DNA of 64,000 nucleotides from Macrostomum lignano (lineage: Eukaryota). Each line of letters opens with the position of its first letter. Position 1 is the stretch's first letter. Positions 37,201 to 49,862 of the stretch are shown piece after piece. The stretch spans positions 79,386 through 143,385 of the forward strand of contig NIVC01002260.1 of the NCBI GenBank assembly GCA_002269645.1, written 5' to 3'. Under the pieces are notes generated by a model. It saw only the letters and a program-made list of their open reading frames with translations. It was not told where the DNA came from and ran no database searches. Made by a program: the position numbers and the translations under genes.

Positions 37201-40200
37201 CGAAAGAGACGTGGCAGCAAGAGACGATCGAGGAGAAGCCGAAGACGTGCCACCCGAAGAAGTCGAAGAGCGAGAAGACGCGCCAACCGAAAGAGACGTG
37301 GCAGCAAGAGGCGACCTAGAAGAAGAAGACGTGCGACCCGAAGAAGTCAAAGAGCGAGAAGACGCGCCAACCGAAAGAGACGTGGCAGCAAGAGACGATC
37401 GAGGAGAAGCCGAAGACGTGCCACCCGAAGAAGTCGAAGAGCGAGAAGACGCGCCAACCGAAAGAGACGTGGCAGCAAGAGGCGACCTAGAAGAAGAAGA
37501 CGTGCGACCCGAAGAAGTCGAAGAGCGAGAAGACGCGCCAACCGAAAGAGACGTGGCAGCAAGAGACGATCTAGGAGAAGCCGAAGACGTGCCAACCGAA
37601 AGAGACGTGGCAGCAAGAGACGATCTAGGAGAAGCCGAAGACGTGCCACCCGAAGAAGTCGAAGAGCGAGAAGACGCGCCAACCGAAAGAGACGTGGCAG
37701 CAAGAGACGATCTAGGAGAAGCCGAAGACGTGCCACCCGAAGAAGTCGAAGAGCGAGAAGACGCGCCAACCGAAAGAGACGTGGCAGCAAGAGACGATCG
37801 AGGAGAAGCCGAAGACGTGCCACCCGAAGAAGTCGAAGAGCGAGAAGACGCGCCAACCGAAAGAGACGTGGCAGCAAGAGGCGACCTAGAAGAAGAAGAC
37901 GTGCGACCCGAAGAAGTCGAAGAGCGAGAAGACGCGCCAACCGAAAGAGACGTGGCAGCAAGAGACGATCTAGGAGAAGCCGAAGACGTGCCACCCGAAG
38001 AAGTCGAAGAGCGAGAAGACGCGCCAACCGAAAGAGACGTGGCAGCAAGAGACGATTAAGGAGAAGCCGAAGACGTGCCAACCGAAAGAGACGTGGCAGC
38101 AAGAGACGATCTAGGAGAAGCCGAAGACGTGCCACCCGAAGAAGTCGAAGAGCGAGAAGACGCGCCAACCGAAAGAGAAGTGGCAGCAAGAGGCGACCTA
38201 GAAGAAGAAGACGTGCGACCCGAAGAAGTCAAAGAGCGAGAAGACGCGCCAACCGAAAGAGACGTGGCAGCAAGAGACGATCGAGGAGAAGCCGAAGACG
38301 TGCCACCCGAAGAAGTCGAAGAGCGAGAAGACGCGCCAACCGAAAGAGACGTGGCAGCAAGAGGCGACCTAGAAGAAAAAGACGTGCGACCCGAAGAAGT
38401 CGAAGAGCGAGAAGACGCGCCAACCGAAAGAGACGTGGCAGCAAGAGACGACCTAGAAGAAGAAGACGTGCGACCCGAAGAAGTCGAAGAGCGAGAAGAC
38501 GCGCCAACCGAAAGAGACGTGGCAGCAAGAGACGATCTAGGAGAAGCCGAAGACGTGCCAACCGAAAGAGACGTGGCAGCAAGAGACGATCGAGGAGAAG
38601 CCGAGGACGCGCCAACCGAAAGAGACGTGGCAGCAAGAGACGATCTAGGAGAAGCCGAAGACGTGCCACCCGAAGAAGTCGAAGAGCGAGAAGACGCGCC
38701 AACCGAAGAAGACGCTCAGCGAGAAGACGTGCCAACCGAAGAAGACGCTCAGCGAGACGTGCCAACAAAAGAAGACGCTCAATGAGAAGACGCGCCAATC
38801 GTAGAAAACCTGGCAGTAAGAGACGATCTAGAAAAAGCAGAAGACGTGCCAACCGACGAAGGCGTAGAGTGAGAAGACGTGCCAACCGAAGGAGACGTGG
38901 CGGTAAGAGACGATCTAGAAGAAGCAGAAGGCGCGCCAACAGAAGAAGACGCTGGTTGAGAAGACGTGCTGACAGAAGGCGAAAACGCATTTACAGACAT
39001 AAGAGACGGATTTCTAGGAGAAAAGGTAAATATTTAATTTGAATTCTGTTGTCTTTTACTTAGGAACTTATTGGTGATCCCGTAAAAAACTTTTGCAGCA
39101 CAAAGAAGGAAACGTAGATCCTTAACCAAATGTGGCAAATTCCGTTGCGGCCGAGGTACATCGTGCTTCCGTAGGTATCGCTATTCGTCTCGGGTTAGAG
39201 CAGCCGCCACCAGGGCTTTTAGAAGCCGATCAGCTAGCGCACTGAAGCAGTTCAAAGCCAAGAAGGCAAAGGCAAATGCAAAATTTAGTGCGTACTTGAG
39301 AAGGCGAGTTGCTTCCTACACAGGTAAGTTTCATTTACCTTTCATAAATTTATTTCCTTATTCAATATTTACTTTAATTGAAAAAATCTCAACACTCATG
39401 CTTCCAACATGGAAATCGACATGCAAATTAAATTAAAACAGTATTTGATTTTTAGGTAGAAGCAACAGACAGGCTTGTGAGCACTCTTCAATCTCTATCA
39501 GATGTCCCAAAGGATACAAAATTGACATTCTGTCCGGATTCTACGGCCGCACCAACAAGACTGTCTGCCGTAATAAGGCGATGAAGTCGACGCGCTGCTC
39601 AGCAGCATCGGCAACCCCGAGAGTGAAGAAGGCATGCCAGGGTAGGCGATCCTGCCGGGTCAGCAGCAGCAACTCCGTCTTTGGAGACCCCTGCGTTGGT
39701 ACATACAAGTATCTGAAGATTTCCTACAGGTGCAAGACGTACAAACCCACCCGAAAGTTGCTGAAGGAGCGAGCTGTCAGACGGCGCCGTCACCTTGCAG
39801 TTCTGGCCCGTTTGGCTAAGCGATATGCTCAGCGACAGGCCCGAATCAAGAGAGCGTTCATCAGATACCATTCAACAGTTGGTCGATGCGCTTTCGCCAG
39901 AGCCAGTTCAGGTATCTCTCTTCATTTTAAATTAAAACCAATTTTTTCCGATTAGAGTTGCTGGACTTGATGCATCAGTGATTTTCACCACATGAATATT
40001 TCAGCCATCTGCAAACGAATCAGCTGCGGAAGAAGACGCCGCTGTGTGCTAAGAAGAAAGCGCTTTATCGGCAAGGTGGCTTATCGCCCAGCCTGCGTCC
40101 GAAGACCGCGCCGTAAGTGATTGAATCATTTAGTATGTACTGCTTATAAAGTACAGCAGAACTCACTTTAGTCCGTCCCCATGCAACTCAACACCAGGAC

Positions 40201-43200
40201 GGTGCGGCAAGGCGGTTTGCAAGCGAGGCCAGCGATGCGTCATTCGCACAGTCAAGCGTCGAGTTGGTTCCGTCTTTAGAAGTGTGCGAATTGCCAGCTG
40301 TAGAAAAATTAAGTGTAAGTGCGAGCTAGTCTTAAAATATTTTAACAGGTAGTCGTAATATCTGTTGTTGTATGAATTTTTTCTGGTGTTCTTTGTAACA
40401 TTTTTTTTAAATTCGCATAACATGTTATCCATGATCATACACATTTGTTAATAATATTCCCACCTATTGCAGCTCCATGCGAAGTCGTTCGCTGTAGCCG
40501 CAGCAGGCGCTGTGTAGCTCGATTCCGCTTCTCCAAGTCCATCAGACTGAGGGCTTCCAGGCGGTACGGTCGCCTAGTTGCCAAGGCTAGGGCCAACTAC
40601 AATAAGCGCAAGGCTGCGTCCATCAAGCGCATCAACTCCTACCTGCGCAATTTTGCCAGAAAAACGCCGAGATACAAAAGTAAGTGAATATTTTGTACAG
40701 CAGACATCTTTTTGATTTTATGTATACTTGCCATTCTTCAATACTAGTCCATATTTCTGTGCCTGTCTTTACTTTAACTTCTGTACGAGTATCTTGATGC
40801 CTAGCAGCATTGCAAGAAAGTTAATATTTCGCCTGATACCAGATGCCAGCCCGAAACTTTCCTGTGAGCACGGATCGTCGAGCCTCAGCTGTACATCTGG
40901 CTCCACCATCGATGTGCTTTCCGCATTCTACGGCCGCACCTCCGGCAGCGTGTGCAAGAGAGGCCCCATCAAAACTACCAAATGCCGGTCGGGCAGCGCC
41001 AACAGTGCGGTCAGGCGCATTTGCCAGGGCAAATCCTCTTGCTCAGTTCGGGCCAGCAACTCCGTATTCGGCGATCCTTGCGTTGGAACATTCAAGTACA
41101 TGCGAATCAACTACCGATGCAAGTCCACCACCCCGACTGCAGCTGAAAGGAGAAAGAGACAAAAGAGGATCCAAAAGCACAGAAGCTACCTGGCGAAGCT
41201 GGGCAGCATGTACAGGCGTACCAGAGCATATCTGCAGCGCAAGCTGAAGCGAGCTACCGGCCTGAAAGCTCGATGTGTCAGGCGTAGACGAAGTGAGACG
41301 CTCTTTAAGCTAGAAATTTTAGCATACCGGATTTCTTTTATCACAAGCAAAACCGACACCTTCCACTCGCACAGGTGTTTGCCACAAACGACGATGCCGC
41401 AGAGGACGCGTCTGTGTTGCTCGCAGAGTTTCTCGCCGACGAGTTGTTGCCCGTTGCGTGAGGCCCCGGGGTACGTTTTGTATCATATTGTGTATCATTC
41501 AAGTTATAAAAAGAAATCAGGAAAATAGCTTTCAATTAACTCTGCTCATTCCAGCTCTATGCTCAAGAAAACGATGCGCGAGAGGCTCCCGCTGCGTTGT
41601 TCGTCGCACCATCTCAAAGGCTTTACGCAAATTCCGCTCGGTTAGGCGCAAGATGTACCGCCACTATCGTGCCAGAAGAAGCGCCCTGAAAGCTAGCTAC
41701 AGAAGAAGCAGGCGCAATGCCCGAGCGGCTTTCAAGCTGGCTGCCAAGGCCAGCAGGAAAGCAATTGCTAGAGCAATTAGGGCAAAGAATGCCAAGAAAG
41801 CAAAGAGCCTGAAGAAGGCGTGGAGCCGTCGCAGAGGTTTGCTAAAAGCAAGACTTCGCAGGCAGAGAAGAAAATACAAGAAAGCTAGTCACCGCCTCAG
41901 ACTGAGCTTCAGAAAGAGCTCTTCGCGTCTGTCTCGTCGTTACAAAAAGCTCAGATTTGTCAAGTATTCGGCTAGGTGTACCGTCAATCGATGCTACCGA
42001 GTCAGGTGCAAGTCAGGCTTCTCCTGCAGAAATGTTAGGCGATTCTCTAAGAAATTTGCTGCTTACATCCAGCAGAGACGCGTCTTGTCGAAGTCCTACC
42101 GCGCAGTCCGCCGAAGACTGCTCCGATCGCTGTATGCCAAGGCCCGCAAGGCCACAAAGCTTTTCCGAAAGCATCTGGCCAGACACCGCTCCGGCATTAG
42201 ACGCGCGAAGACCGCATCCGCTAGAAGATCACTTAGATCGGCTCTACGACGCAAGGTGAGACGTCTCCGACGTGCTAGACGTGCTGCTCATCTGAAGTAC
42301 CGACGTGCCGTGAAGCTTGCTAGAAGAAACTACCAGCTGAGGCGCAAGGCGCTGCGTAGAAAGCATGCAAATAAATCGGCTTTCAAGAACCGAGTCAGGA
42401 CTGTAGCTCGTTGCATCCGCAGAGTGAGAAGTAAGCTGCTTTGTTGACTGAAAATCATACATTTTTAAACAAGAGCAGTAACAGACCTCTCATTCGCAAT
42501 TTCTGACTTTGCTTTCAGGATCTTGCAAGAATGTCAAGTGTTCAGCCGGCAAGCGTTGCGTCTCGACTGTTGTTTCTCGCAGATGGTTCAGGCGGTACAG
42601 GCGAAGTCTGAAGAGAGGCAACAGACGAAAACGCTCTCGTCTAGTGCGGTCTATTCGGAAGCTTCGTTATCTCCGCAGGCAGTACAGAAGACGTTTGAAC
42701 CGTCGTAGGAGGCGTGCCATCAAATCATTTAGACGCTGGTTTGGACGCGCCGTTAGGCGTCTTGGCGGAAAGAGGCGTTACAGAAGGAGGGCTGGAAGAC
42801 GCAGTCGCAAATCCGGGTCCCGTTCTGCTCGACGAAACAGAGGAGCTGGATCGTTCCTCTGGGGCAGGTACAGACGTGCCGCTCGCCGGTACCGAAGAAA
42901 GTTTAGGAAGACCATTCGAAGGGTTTCTAAGCGCAGACTGAAGAAATACGCTAAATCGAAGAAGCGTGCCCGAAAGTCAGTTTTCAGAAGGTTCAAAAGA
43001 AATGCGCGAAAGTTTGCACGTCGCGTTCGTTTCCTGAAGAGACGAGTCGCGAAGCAGTTCCGACAGCTAAAGTCGGCCTACAAGAGAGGTAAGAAAGCAA
43101 CAGCTGCCGACTGGAAGAAGCTGAAGAAGAAGATCTTGAGAAGATACAAAAAGATCAAAAAAGCCTACAGAAAGATGTTGAAGCGAGCAGTTGTTTCCTA

Positions 43201-45136
43201 CTACAAACGGAGGGTTAATGTCGTGAGATCATTGAAGAAACGGCTAAGAAAGTTCAAGCGGAGACCAAGAAGCTTCAGAAGACGCTACACACGCCGAGCC
43301 ATCTGCGTTGCAGTAAATCCATGCCGGAGAAAGCGTTGTAGTCGAGGGTTTATCTGCCGGGTGCGAAAGATCAAAGCAAAAAGTGGCCGAACCAGATCTG
43401 TCGCTCGATGCGAGAAGAAAGCCAGTAAGTACTCGTACTTTTTAATAACTTTAAATTTTCTGTCAAAAGTCATGGATTTTTTGCAACTTTCTCAGTCTAT
43501 ATACAGACCTACAAAGAGTAAAGCATCAAATTTCAGACAAGTGCAGCAAGGTGAACTGTTCCAAGGGCAAGCGATGCATCGTCAGGCGGGTGTCGACTCG
43601 TACTTTCAAAGGTTTCCGCTGGTTTGCCAGGGCAAACCGTAGACGCTTCAGGCGCAAGGCTCGACGACTTTTCAAACGTCTCCGCAACAAGAGGCGAAGA
43701 TTCGCGAGGCGAGTCGTAAAGAAGTACAAAAAGGTGCGCAAGTCTCTCAGGAAGCGTCTCCGCGGTCGGAAGCTCGCTAGGCGTGTCAAAGCCGTAAAAC
43801 GCTCTGTGAGGCGAAAACTGCGAAGATTCCGAAACCGATCGCGGAGGTCTTTCCGTCGACGGAGAGCCGCGCTGAAACGGCGATTTAGAAGCGCTGTGAG
43901 GCGTTTCTCCGCACGATACTTGAGCTACCGGAGGCGCTACAAGACCCGTGCAATTTGTGTCAAGAGGCTAAAAAGTGAGTTGAAAGCATTATATTTGATT
44001 AGATAGGATTTTTATTTTAATGTTTGCTGAAATTGCAGCAAGTATATCTAGATACGATATGTAATACGATCGATGATACACATGATAAAGTGCTTCCAAA
44101 TAAACGACATGTTTGTTGTAAATATTTCAGTAATATTTTTATTACTATTGTATTCATTTCAGACCCTTGCAGCAAGAAACGCTGTCGAAAAGGCACAAGG
44201 TGCGTTGTTAGAAGAAAGCAGTCCAGGCTTCAGAAGAAATTCATCAGAATCGCAAAACGCCAAATCAAGAAGTTCGTATCAGTCCGGCGTCGGTTGAGTA
44301 AGCTGCGTCGTCGCAAGCGCAAAGTCGCCGTTCGCAAACTGACTCGCAAACTCAAACGGAAGCTGAGAAAGCTGCACAGACTATACAGAAGACGCGGCGC
44401 TTTCCAACGAAGCCGAAAGCTCGTGGCTCGCTGCTCAAGCGTGAGGAGAAGAACCCGTCGCATTTCCTGGAGAAGGAGAGTCTATCGCTTTTCAAGGAGG
44501 GTTCGTCGACGCGTCTCAAAGAGAGCCCGCCGTGTATCTCGGAATGTTCGACGTTTTTGGGGTAAATCTCGTCGCTTTTCTAGGAGAGTTCGTCGACGCG
44601 TCTCAGGGAGAGTTCGTCGACGCGTCTCAGGGAGAGTTCGTCGTGCCTCAAAGAAAGTCCGTCGCTTCTGGGGTAAAGCTCGTCGCTTTTCAAGGAGAGT
44701 TCGTCGACGCGTCTCAAGGAGAGCTCGCCGTGTATCTCGGAAGGTTCGACGTTTTTGGGGTAAATCTCGTCGCTTTTCAAGGAGAGTTCGTCGACGCGTC
44801 TCAGGGAGAGTTCGTCGTGCCTCAAAGAAAGTCCGTCGCTTCTGGGGTAAATCTCGTCGCTTTTCAAGGAGACTTCGTCGACGCGTCTCAAGGAGAGCTC
44901 GCCGTGTATCTCGGAAGGTTCGACGTTTTTGGGGTAAATCTCGTCGCTTTTCAAGGAGACTTCGTCGACGCGTCTCAAGGAGAGTTCGTCGCCGCGTCTC
45001 AAGGAGAGTTCGTCGACGCGTCTCAAGGAGAGTTCGTCGACGCGTCTCAAGGAGAGTTCGTCGCCGCGTCTCAAGGAGAGTTCGTCGGCGCGTCTCAAGA
45101 AGGTCAAGAAAGAGCGGCAGATCCAGGAGGCGATGA
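31251..45136 (+). CDS. Gene A: giant secreted Arg/Lys-rich protein (about 4085 aa) with 14 FOLN-like cysteine modules, 2 SUEL/rhamnose-binding lectin domains and a long protamine-like repeat
   Basis: Signal peptide MRLTVLLLLSVVVLLALTSDVSDA. Exons 31251-31336, 31447-31571, 31665-32039, 32132-32488, 32564-39025, 39099-39323, 39456-39911, 40005-40112, 40198-40314, 40473-40679, 40843-41292, 41375-41470, 41555-42430, 42519-43424, 43537-43974, 44163-45136 join GT-AG in frame (12258 nt); AATAAA at 45217. Confidence 0.85.
32950..38800 (+). repeat. Coding tandem repeat in gene A (54, 84 and 87 bp units encoding RRRANRKRRGSKRRSRRS with or without RRRATRRSRRA)
   Basis: Stop-free Arg frame across the array; all unit variants are multiples of 3. 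Confidence 0.95.
39473..39733 (+). other. SUEL/Gal_lectin (rhamnose-binding lectin) domain 1 of gene A
   Basis: ACEHSSISIRC...FYGR...C...C...CQGRRSCRV...NSVFGDPCVGTYKYLKISYRC matches family motifs (ACE, YGR, FGDPC, KYL). Confidence 0.92.
40860..41120 (+). other. SUEL/Gal_lectin domain 2 of gene A
   Basis: SCEHGSSSLSC...AFYGR...CQGKSSCSV...NSVFGDPCVGTFKYMRINYRC. Confidence 0.92.
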
Positions 45137-47094
45137 TCAGCTTCCTCGTTGATAGACTAAGTGTGGTGATAGAATTTCCTCTCTCCCTCAAATGACGAGG
45201 ATTATGGGCTTTGGAAAATAAATATGGCTATTTAATTATCAAAACATCTTGCCACGCAAAAACAACTCAAATCAGCAAGAATGAATTGTCACCCGATGTT
45301 TTGCTTCCAAAACCACAGTTCGATGGGTAGAATGATCAAATAACGGAGGTATTAACTGGAGTTAATTCAATTGGGCCAAGAATATGAGCTAACTTATGCG
45401 ACTGAGAGAGCGCGCATCAATAAAATTTGCACAAAACTATGGTTAAAGATTGGTGACAGTTTCAACAAGCCTCCAACTTTTGAATTTAGCTTTGTTCCAC
45501 CGACACCGACTACTGATGAGCATATCAAGAGCATATCTTCTAAAAAACTATTCAATTACTTCTAATTAACATAATAGCCGTTTGATTTGTTGAATTCGCC
45601 TCTTTCGCATCTCTAGTTCGATTGCATTTTAAGCCTCGTGATGAGTATATGGGCAATGTAGTCAGGCATTGCTGCCAGTGCCTGCTGCAATGGCAGCTGT
45701 AAAGAGCGGAAAACAGACAGGCTGGTACAGGATAATACAGAATATTTCAGACGTGAACTTGCTCCAACTTTATGCACGTGTCATATTGCGCAGGTGAAGT
45801 CTAGCTAAGATGCAGTTATTGGGCTTTTTGGTATATTAGTCCTCAACTCAGCGCTTCCAAGGCCTTAACGACATGCTCTCGAGCTGCTGTGCCTTTTTGC
45901 GTCTTCGATGACTGAAAGTTCAAAACCACAGCTTCAATGAAGCTCCCCCTCAAGGAAGATCTCCAATCACCATCTCCAATGAAGACCCTGAAGGTAACAG
46001 GGGCCTCCGGAGCAGCTTGAGTCAGCTGGGTCATCGATGGCTGAATGCAAATGCAAAGGAGCATCTCAGTTGTGGAAACATAGAGAGGCGTATACGAATT
46101 CAATAACGAAGTTTAAACCCGATTGAAAAGTTCTATGGTTTGGTTTCGATCAGTTGCCTCACACCTGACGACTCAATTTTTCTTCGAAAAAATTTACCTA
46201 ACTTAAAAATTTGCTGACCGTCGCAGAATTTTCTCCCAGCGACCCTGCCGGGAGCCTGAGGGCTCCCTCCCTGCTCAGCACGCGACTCTGCTCCGCATGA
46301 AGCCGCCCCGAGCCGAGAGCAGCGCGGCTGACGGCCCTTGGCCAGTTGGCGCCCCAATCAACAACCTCCCCAAATCGAAGCCATGGGATCCATTTTTCCC
46401 TTTCTCGCTCCTCGCTTTGGCGAAAAAACTTTTTTTCACCACAGCCGTCTTCCAGTCTTCACCTTCTGCTGCTCACGGGGGCGAACAGCAACTGTTCAGC
46501 ATCGATTTTTGAGCAGCGTCAACAGCCTCGAGGAACCTTCCTGCCCGAGTGCCCCGGCCGCAGCTGCAGCTCCTGTCGGGAATTTTTTGCAGGGAAAAAG
46601 CTGAATTTTTGAAACGCTCAGCGAATTATTTTTGCTAGGATCTTTTTCAATCTTTTTCTGTCCCCGTATAGCCAGGAGAAACTGAAAGCGGAGATGAGCT
46701 TTGTCAAAGCTCTGACTTTCATTTGACTTGACTCAAAGTTCACACAAGCTTTAGTTAAATTGCTATTTCAGTATTTTAAACAAGCAAGCATAGCCTTGTT
46801 AAACAAGCGATAGTCTGGACAGTGACAACTAGAGGGACGCTTCACTGAATCTCGCCTTGATGCTTGGCTTTTTGGTCCTTCCTCCTTCCTTATAAATATT
46901 TTTATAACATAAGCGAAAGGGCTGTGTCACAAAGAAAAGCAAATAAAAAGTTTTCTTATTATTTAAGCAGTTTTATGTTTTTAGTTTCCCGCGTGTTATC
47001 AGTGAGAACTGACATCTTCTCACAGTCAGAACATTCGAATTTTAAATTTATCCTCCAAGGTTGATTCAAATTTTTGTCAAGCCAATGCTACCAA

Positions 47095-47740
47095 CTAAGC
47101 TACTGAGCTAGCTGCTGAGCTGCTGAGCTACTGAGCTACTGAGCTAGCTACTGAGCTACTGAGCTAGCTACTGAGCTACTGAGCTAGCTACTGAGCTACT
47201 GAGCTAGCTACTGAGCTAGCTACTGAGCTACTGAGCTAGCTACTGAGCTACTGAGCTACTGAGCTAGCTATTGAGCTACTGAGCTAGCTACTGAGCTACT
47301 GAGCTAGCTACTGAGCTACTGAGCTAGCTACTGAGCTACCGAGCTACTGAGCTAGCTACTGAGCTACTGAGCTACTGAGCTAGCTACTGAGCTACTTTGC
47401 TAGCTACTGAGCTACTGAGCTACTGAGATACTGAGCTACTGAGATACTGAGCTACTGAGATACTGAGCTACTGAGATACTGAGTTACTGAGATACTGAGC
47501 TACTGAGCTACTTAGCTAGCTACTGAGCTACTGAGCTACTGAGCTACTGAGCTACTGAGCTACTTAGCTAGCTACTGAGCTACTGAGCTACTGAGCTACT
47601 TAGCTAGCTACTGAGCTACTGAGCTACTGAGCTACTTAGCTAGCTACTGAGCTAGCTGCTGAGCTACTGAGCTTCTGAGCAACTGAGCTAGCTGCTGAGC
47701 TACTGAGCTTCTGAGCTACTGAGCTGCTGAGCTAGCTACT
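47095..47740. repeat. Simple repeat, 8/12 bp units gagctact and gagctagctact
   Basis: Direct reiteration. Confidence 0.95.
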
Positions 47741-48112
47741 GTCGATTAGTGCTAAAAAGCGGAATACTGCTAGTGCAGCGTCATTCTACTTGAGTTGGCC
47801 ACGAGTCTGGGCTGAGAGCCCACTCAGAACCACTGTGATGTAAATGCTTTCAGAGCGAGTGGAAGAGCTCGAGAGTTGCGGGTTTAGTGATCGTTGAGTT
47901 TTGAACAAGAATCATTCACTACCATCGGATATTCATTGAAGCGATTGGTTAATTCACCTCATGATTTCTGAGCCTAATTATTTTAAGCCCAGCCTTAGGT
48001 GCTGATAAGCGACAATCAGAAATTTTATGTAACATCAGTGGCGTACGTGACAGGAGCTCAACTTTGGCCACCTCTGGGACGAAGCAGCTACTGGCTTGAG
48101 ACAGGTCGAAAC

Positions 48113-49045
48113 GCCCACCAAGAGCCAGGGCCGCCCACCAAGAGCCAGAGGCGCCCACCAAGAGCCAGGGCCGCCGACCAAGAGCCAGGGCCGCCCACCA
48201 AGAGCCAGAGGCGCCCACCAAGAGCCAGGGCCGCCGACCAAGAGCCAGGGCCGCCCACCAAGAGCCAGAGGCGCCCACCAAGAGCCAGAGGCGCCCACCA
48301 AGAGCCAGAGGCGCCCACCAAGAGCCCGGGCCACCCACCAAGAGCCAGAGGCGCCCACCAAGAGCCAGGGCCGCCCACCAAGAGCCAGGGCCACCCACCA
48401 AGAGCCAGGGCCGCCCACCAAGAGCCAGGGCCGCCCACCAAGAGCCCGGGCCGCCCACCAAGAGCCAGGGCCGCCCACCAAGAGCCAGAGCCGCCCACCA
48501 AGAGCCCGGGCCGCCGACCAAGAGCCAGGGCCGCCCACCAAGAGCCAGGGCCGCCGACCAAGAGCCAGGGCCGCCGACCAAGAGCCCGGGCCACCCACCA
48601 AGAGCCAGAGGCGCCCACCAAGAGCCAGGGCCACCCACCAAGAGCCAGGGCCACCCACCAAGAGCCAGGGCCGCCGACCAAGAGCCCGGGCCACCCACCA
48701 AGAGCCAGGGCCGCCCACCAAGAGCCAGAGCCGCCCACCAAGAGCCAGGGCCGCCGACCAAGAGCCAGGGCCACCCACCAAGAGCCAGAGGCGCCGACCA
48801 AGAGACAGAGGCGCCCACCAAGAGCCAGAGGCGCCCACCAAGAGCCAGGGCCACCCACCAAGAGCCAGAGGCGCCGACCAAGAGACAGAGGCGCCCACCA
48901 AGAGCCAGAGGCGCCCACCAAGAGCCAGGGCCACCGACCAAGAGCCAGAGGCGCCCACCAAGAGCCAGGGCCGCCGACCAAGAGCCAGAGGCGCCCACCA
49001 AGAGCCAGAGGCGCCCACCAAGAGCCAGGGGCGCCCACCAAGAGA
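48113..49045. repeat. GC-rich minisatellite, 20 bp unit ccaagagccagggccgccca
   Basis: About 46 copies. Confidence 0.96.
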
Positions 49046-49626
49046 CAGCAGATATTTGCGCCCCTTGGGCCGGGGTTGCGGCCCCTTTAATACGCCACTG
49101 ACGCACAGTCGTGCTCGGTTGAAAATGGTGTTGCATGGCGAAGTCGCCACCTGGTCTGTAATCTGCATGCAGGGACCGCTGGTAGCGACCTGAGGACAAG
49201 ACAGTTGGTTTCTTGGAAAATGTCCCTAAAGTCTCAGATTGCCAGGAGAGCACACATGACTAATTTAGATCTGATAGCGACTAAACTATATTTTTTTACA
49301 TCCAGTCTGCCCTGTTGCTAAGTGTATTTCTTTCAAATCTTTATTTGTGAGGAGATTGATTTCATATTATTATTATATTTTCTGTTATGTAAAGCTTAAA
49401 TATTTTTTGTTTAAATGCCTTTGACCTTCTCCTCTTATCAAGCTCAGCTAAGGCATTGGATTGATATGCATGTCTGCATGTGCGCCATCGACTCCACACA
49501 CCTGCATACCATTGGATTTGGACAAAGCTGATTTTGTCCGGGTAACCACGTGCGTTTGCTTTACATGGTTTTACATACCTGAATTTCCACATGGACAAAC
49601 AGATTCAGTTTTCATTGACTGGCTGA

Positions 49627-49862
49627 AGCCAGAACGCCTATCACAACCAGAACGCCTATCACAACCAGAACGCCTATCACAACCAGAACGCCTATCACAA
49701 CCAGAACGCCTATCACAACCAGAACGCCTATCACAACCAGAACGCCTATCACAACCCGAACGCCTATCACAACCAGATCGCCTATCACAACCAGAACGCC
49801 TATCACAACCCGAACGCCTATCACAACCAGATCGCCTATCACAACCCGAGCGCCTATCACAA
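49627..49862. repeat. Minisatellite, 18 bp unit ccagaacgcctatcacaa
   Basis: About 13 copies. Confidence 0.95.

Noticed and set aside
32829-38990. Antisense Leu/Arg-rich ORFs (up to 1012 aa) as membrane proteins
   Set aside because: Mirror of the Arg repeat (AGA/CGA complement); no independent start or splice evidence
32866-39042. Protamine or sperm nuclear basic protein, or the single-exon 2058-aa ORF as a standalone gene
   Set aside because: It splices in frame to a signal peptide upstream and to disulfide-rich extracellular lectin domains downstream
45843-46103. Minus-strand 86-aa ORF
   Set aside because: No recognisable motif or supporting splice structure
47949-49600. Possible minus-strand exons flanking the 20 bp array, including a WSRWRTC thrombospondin-like word
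   Set aside because: Reading frame ambiguous and the motif too short to support a call
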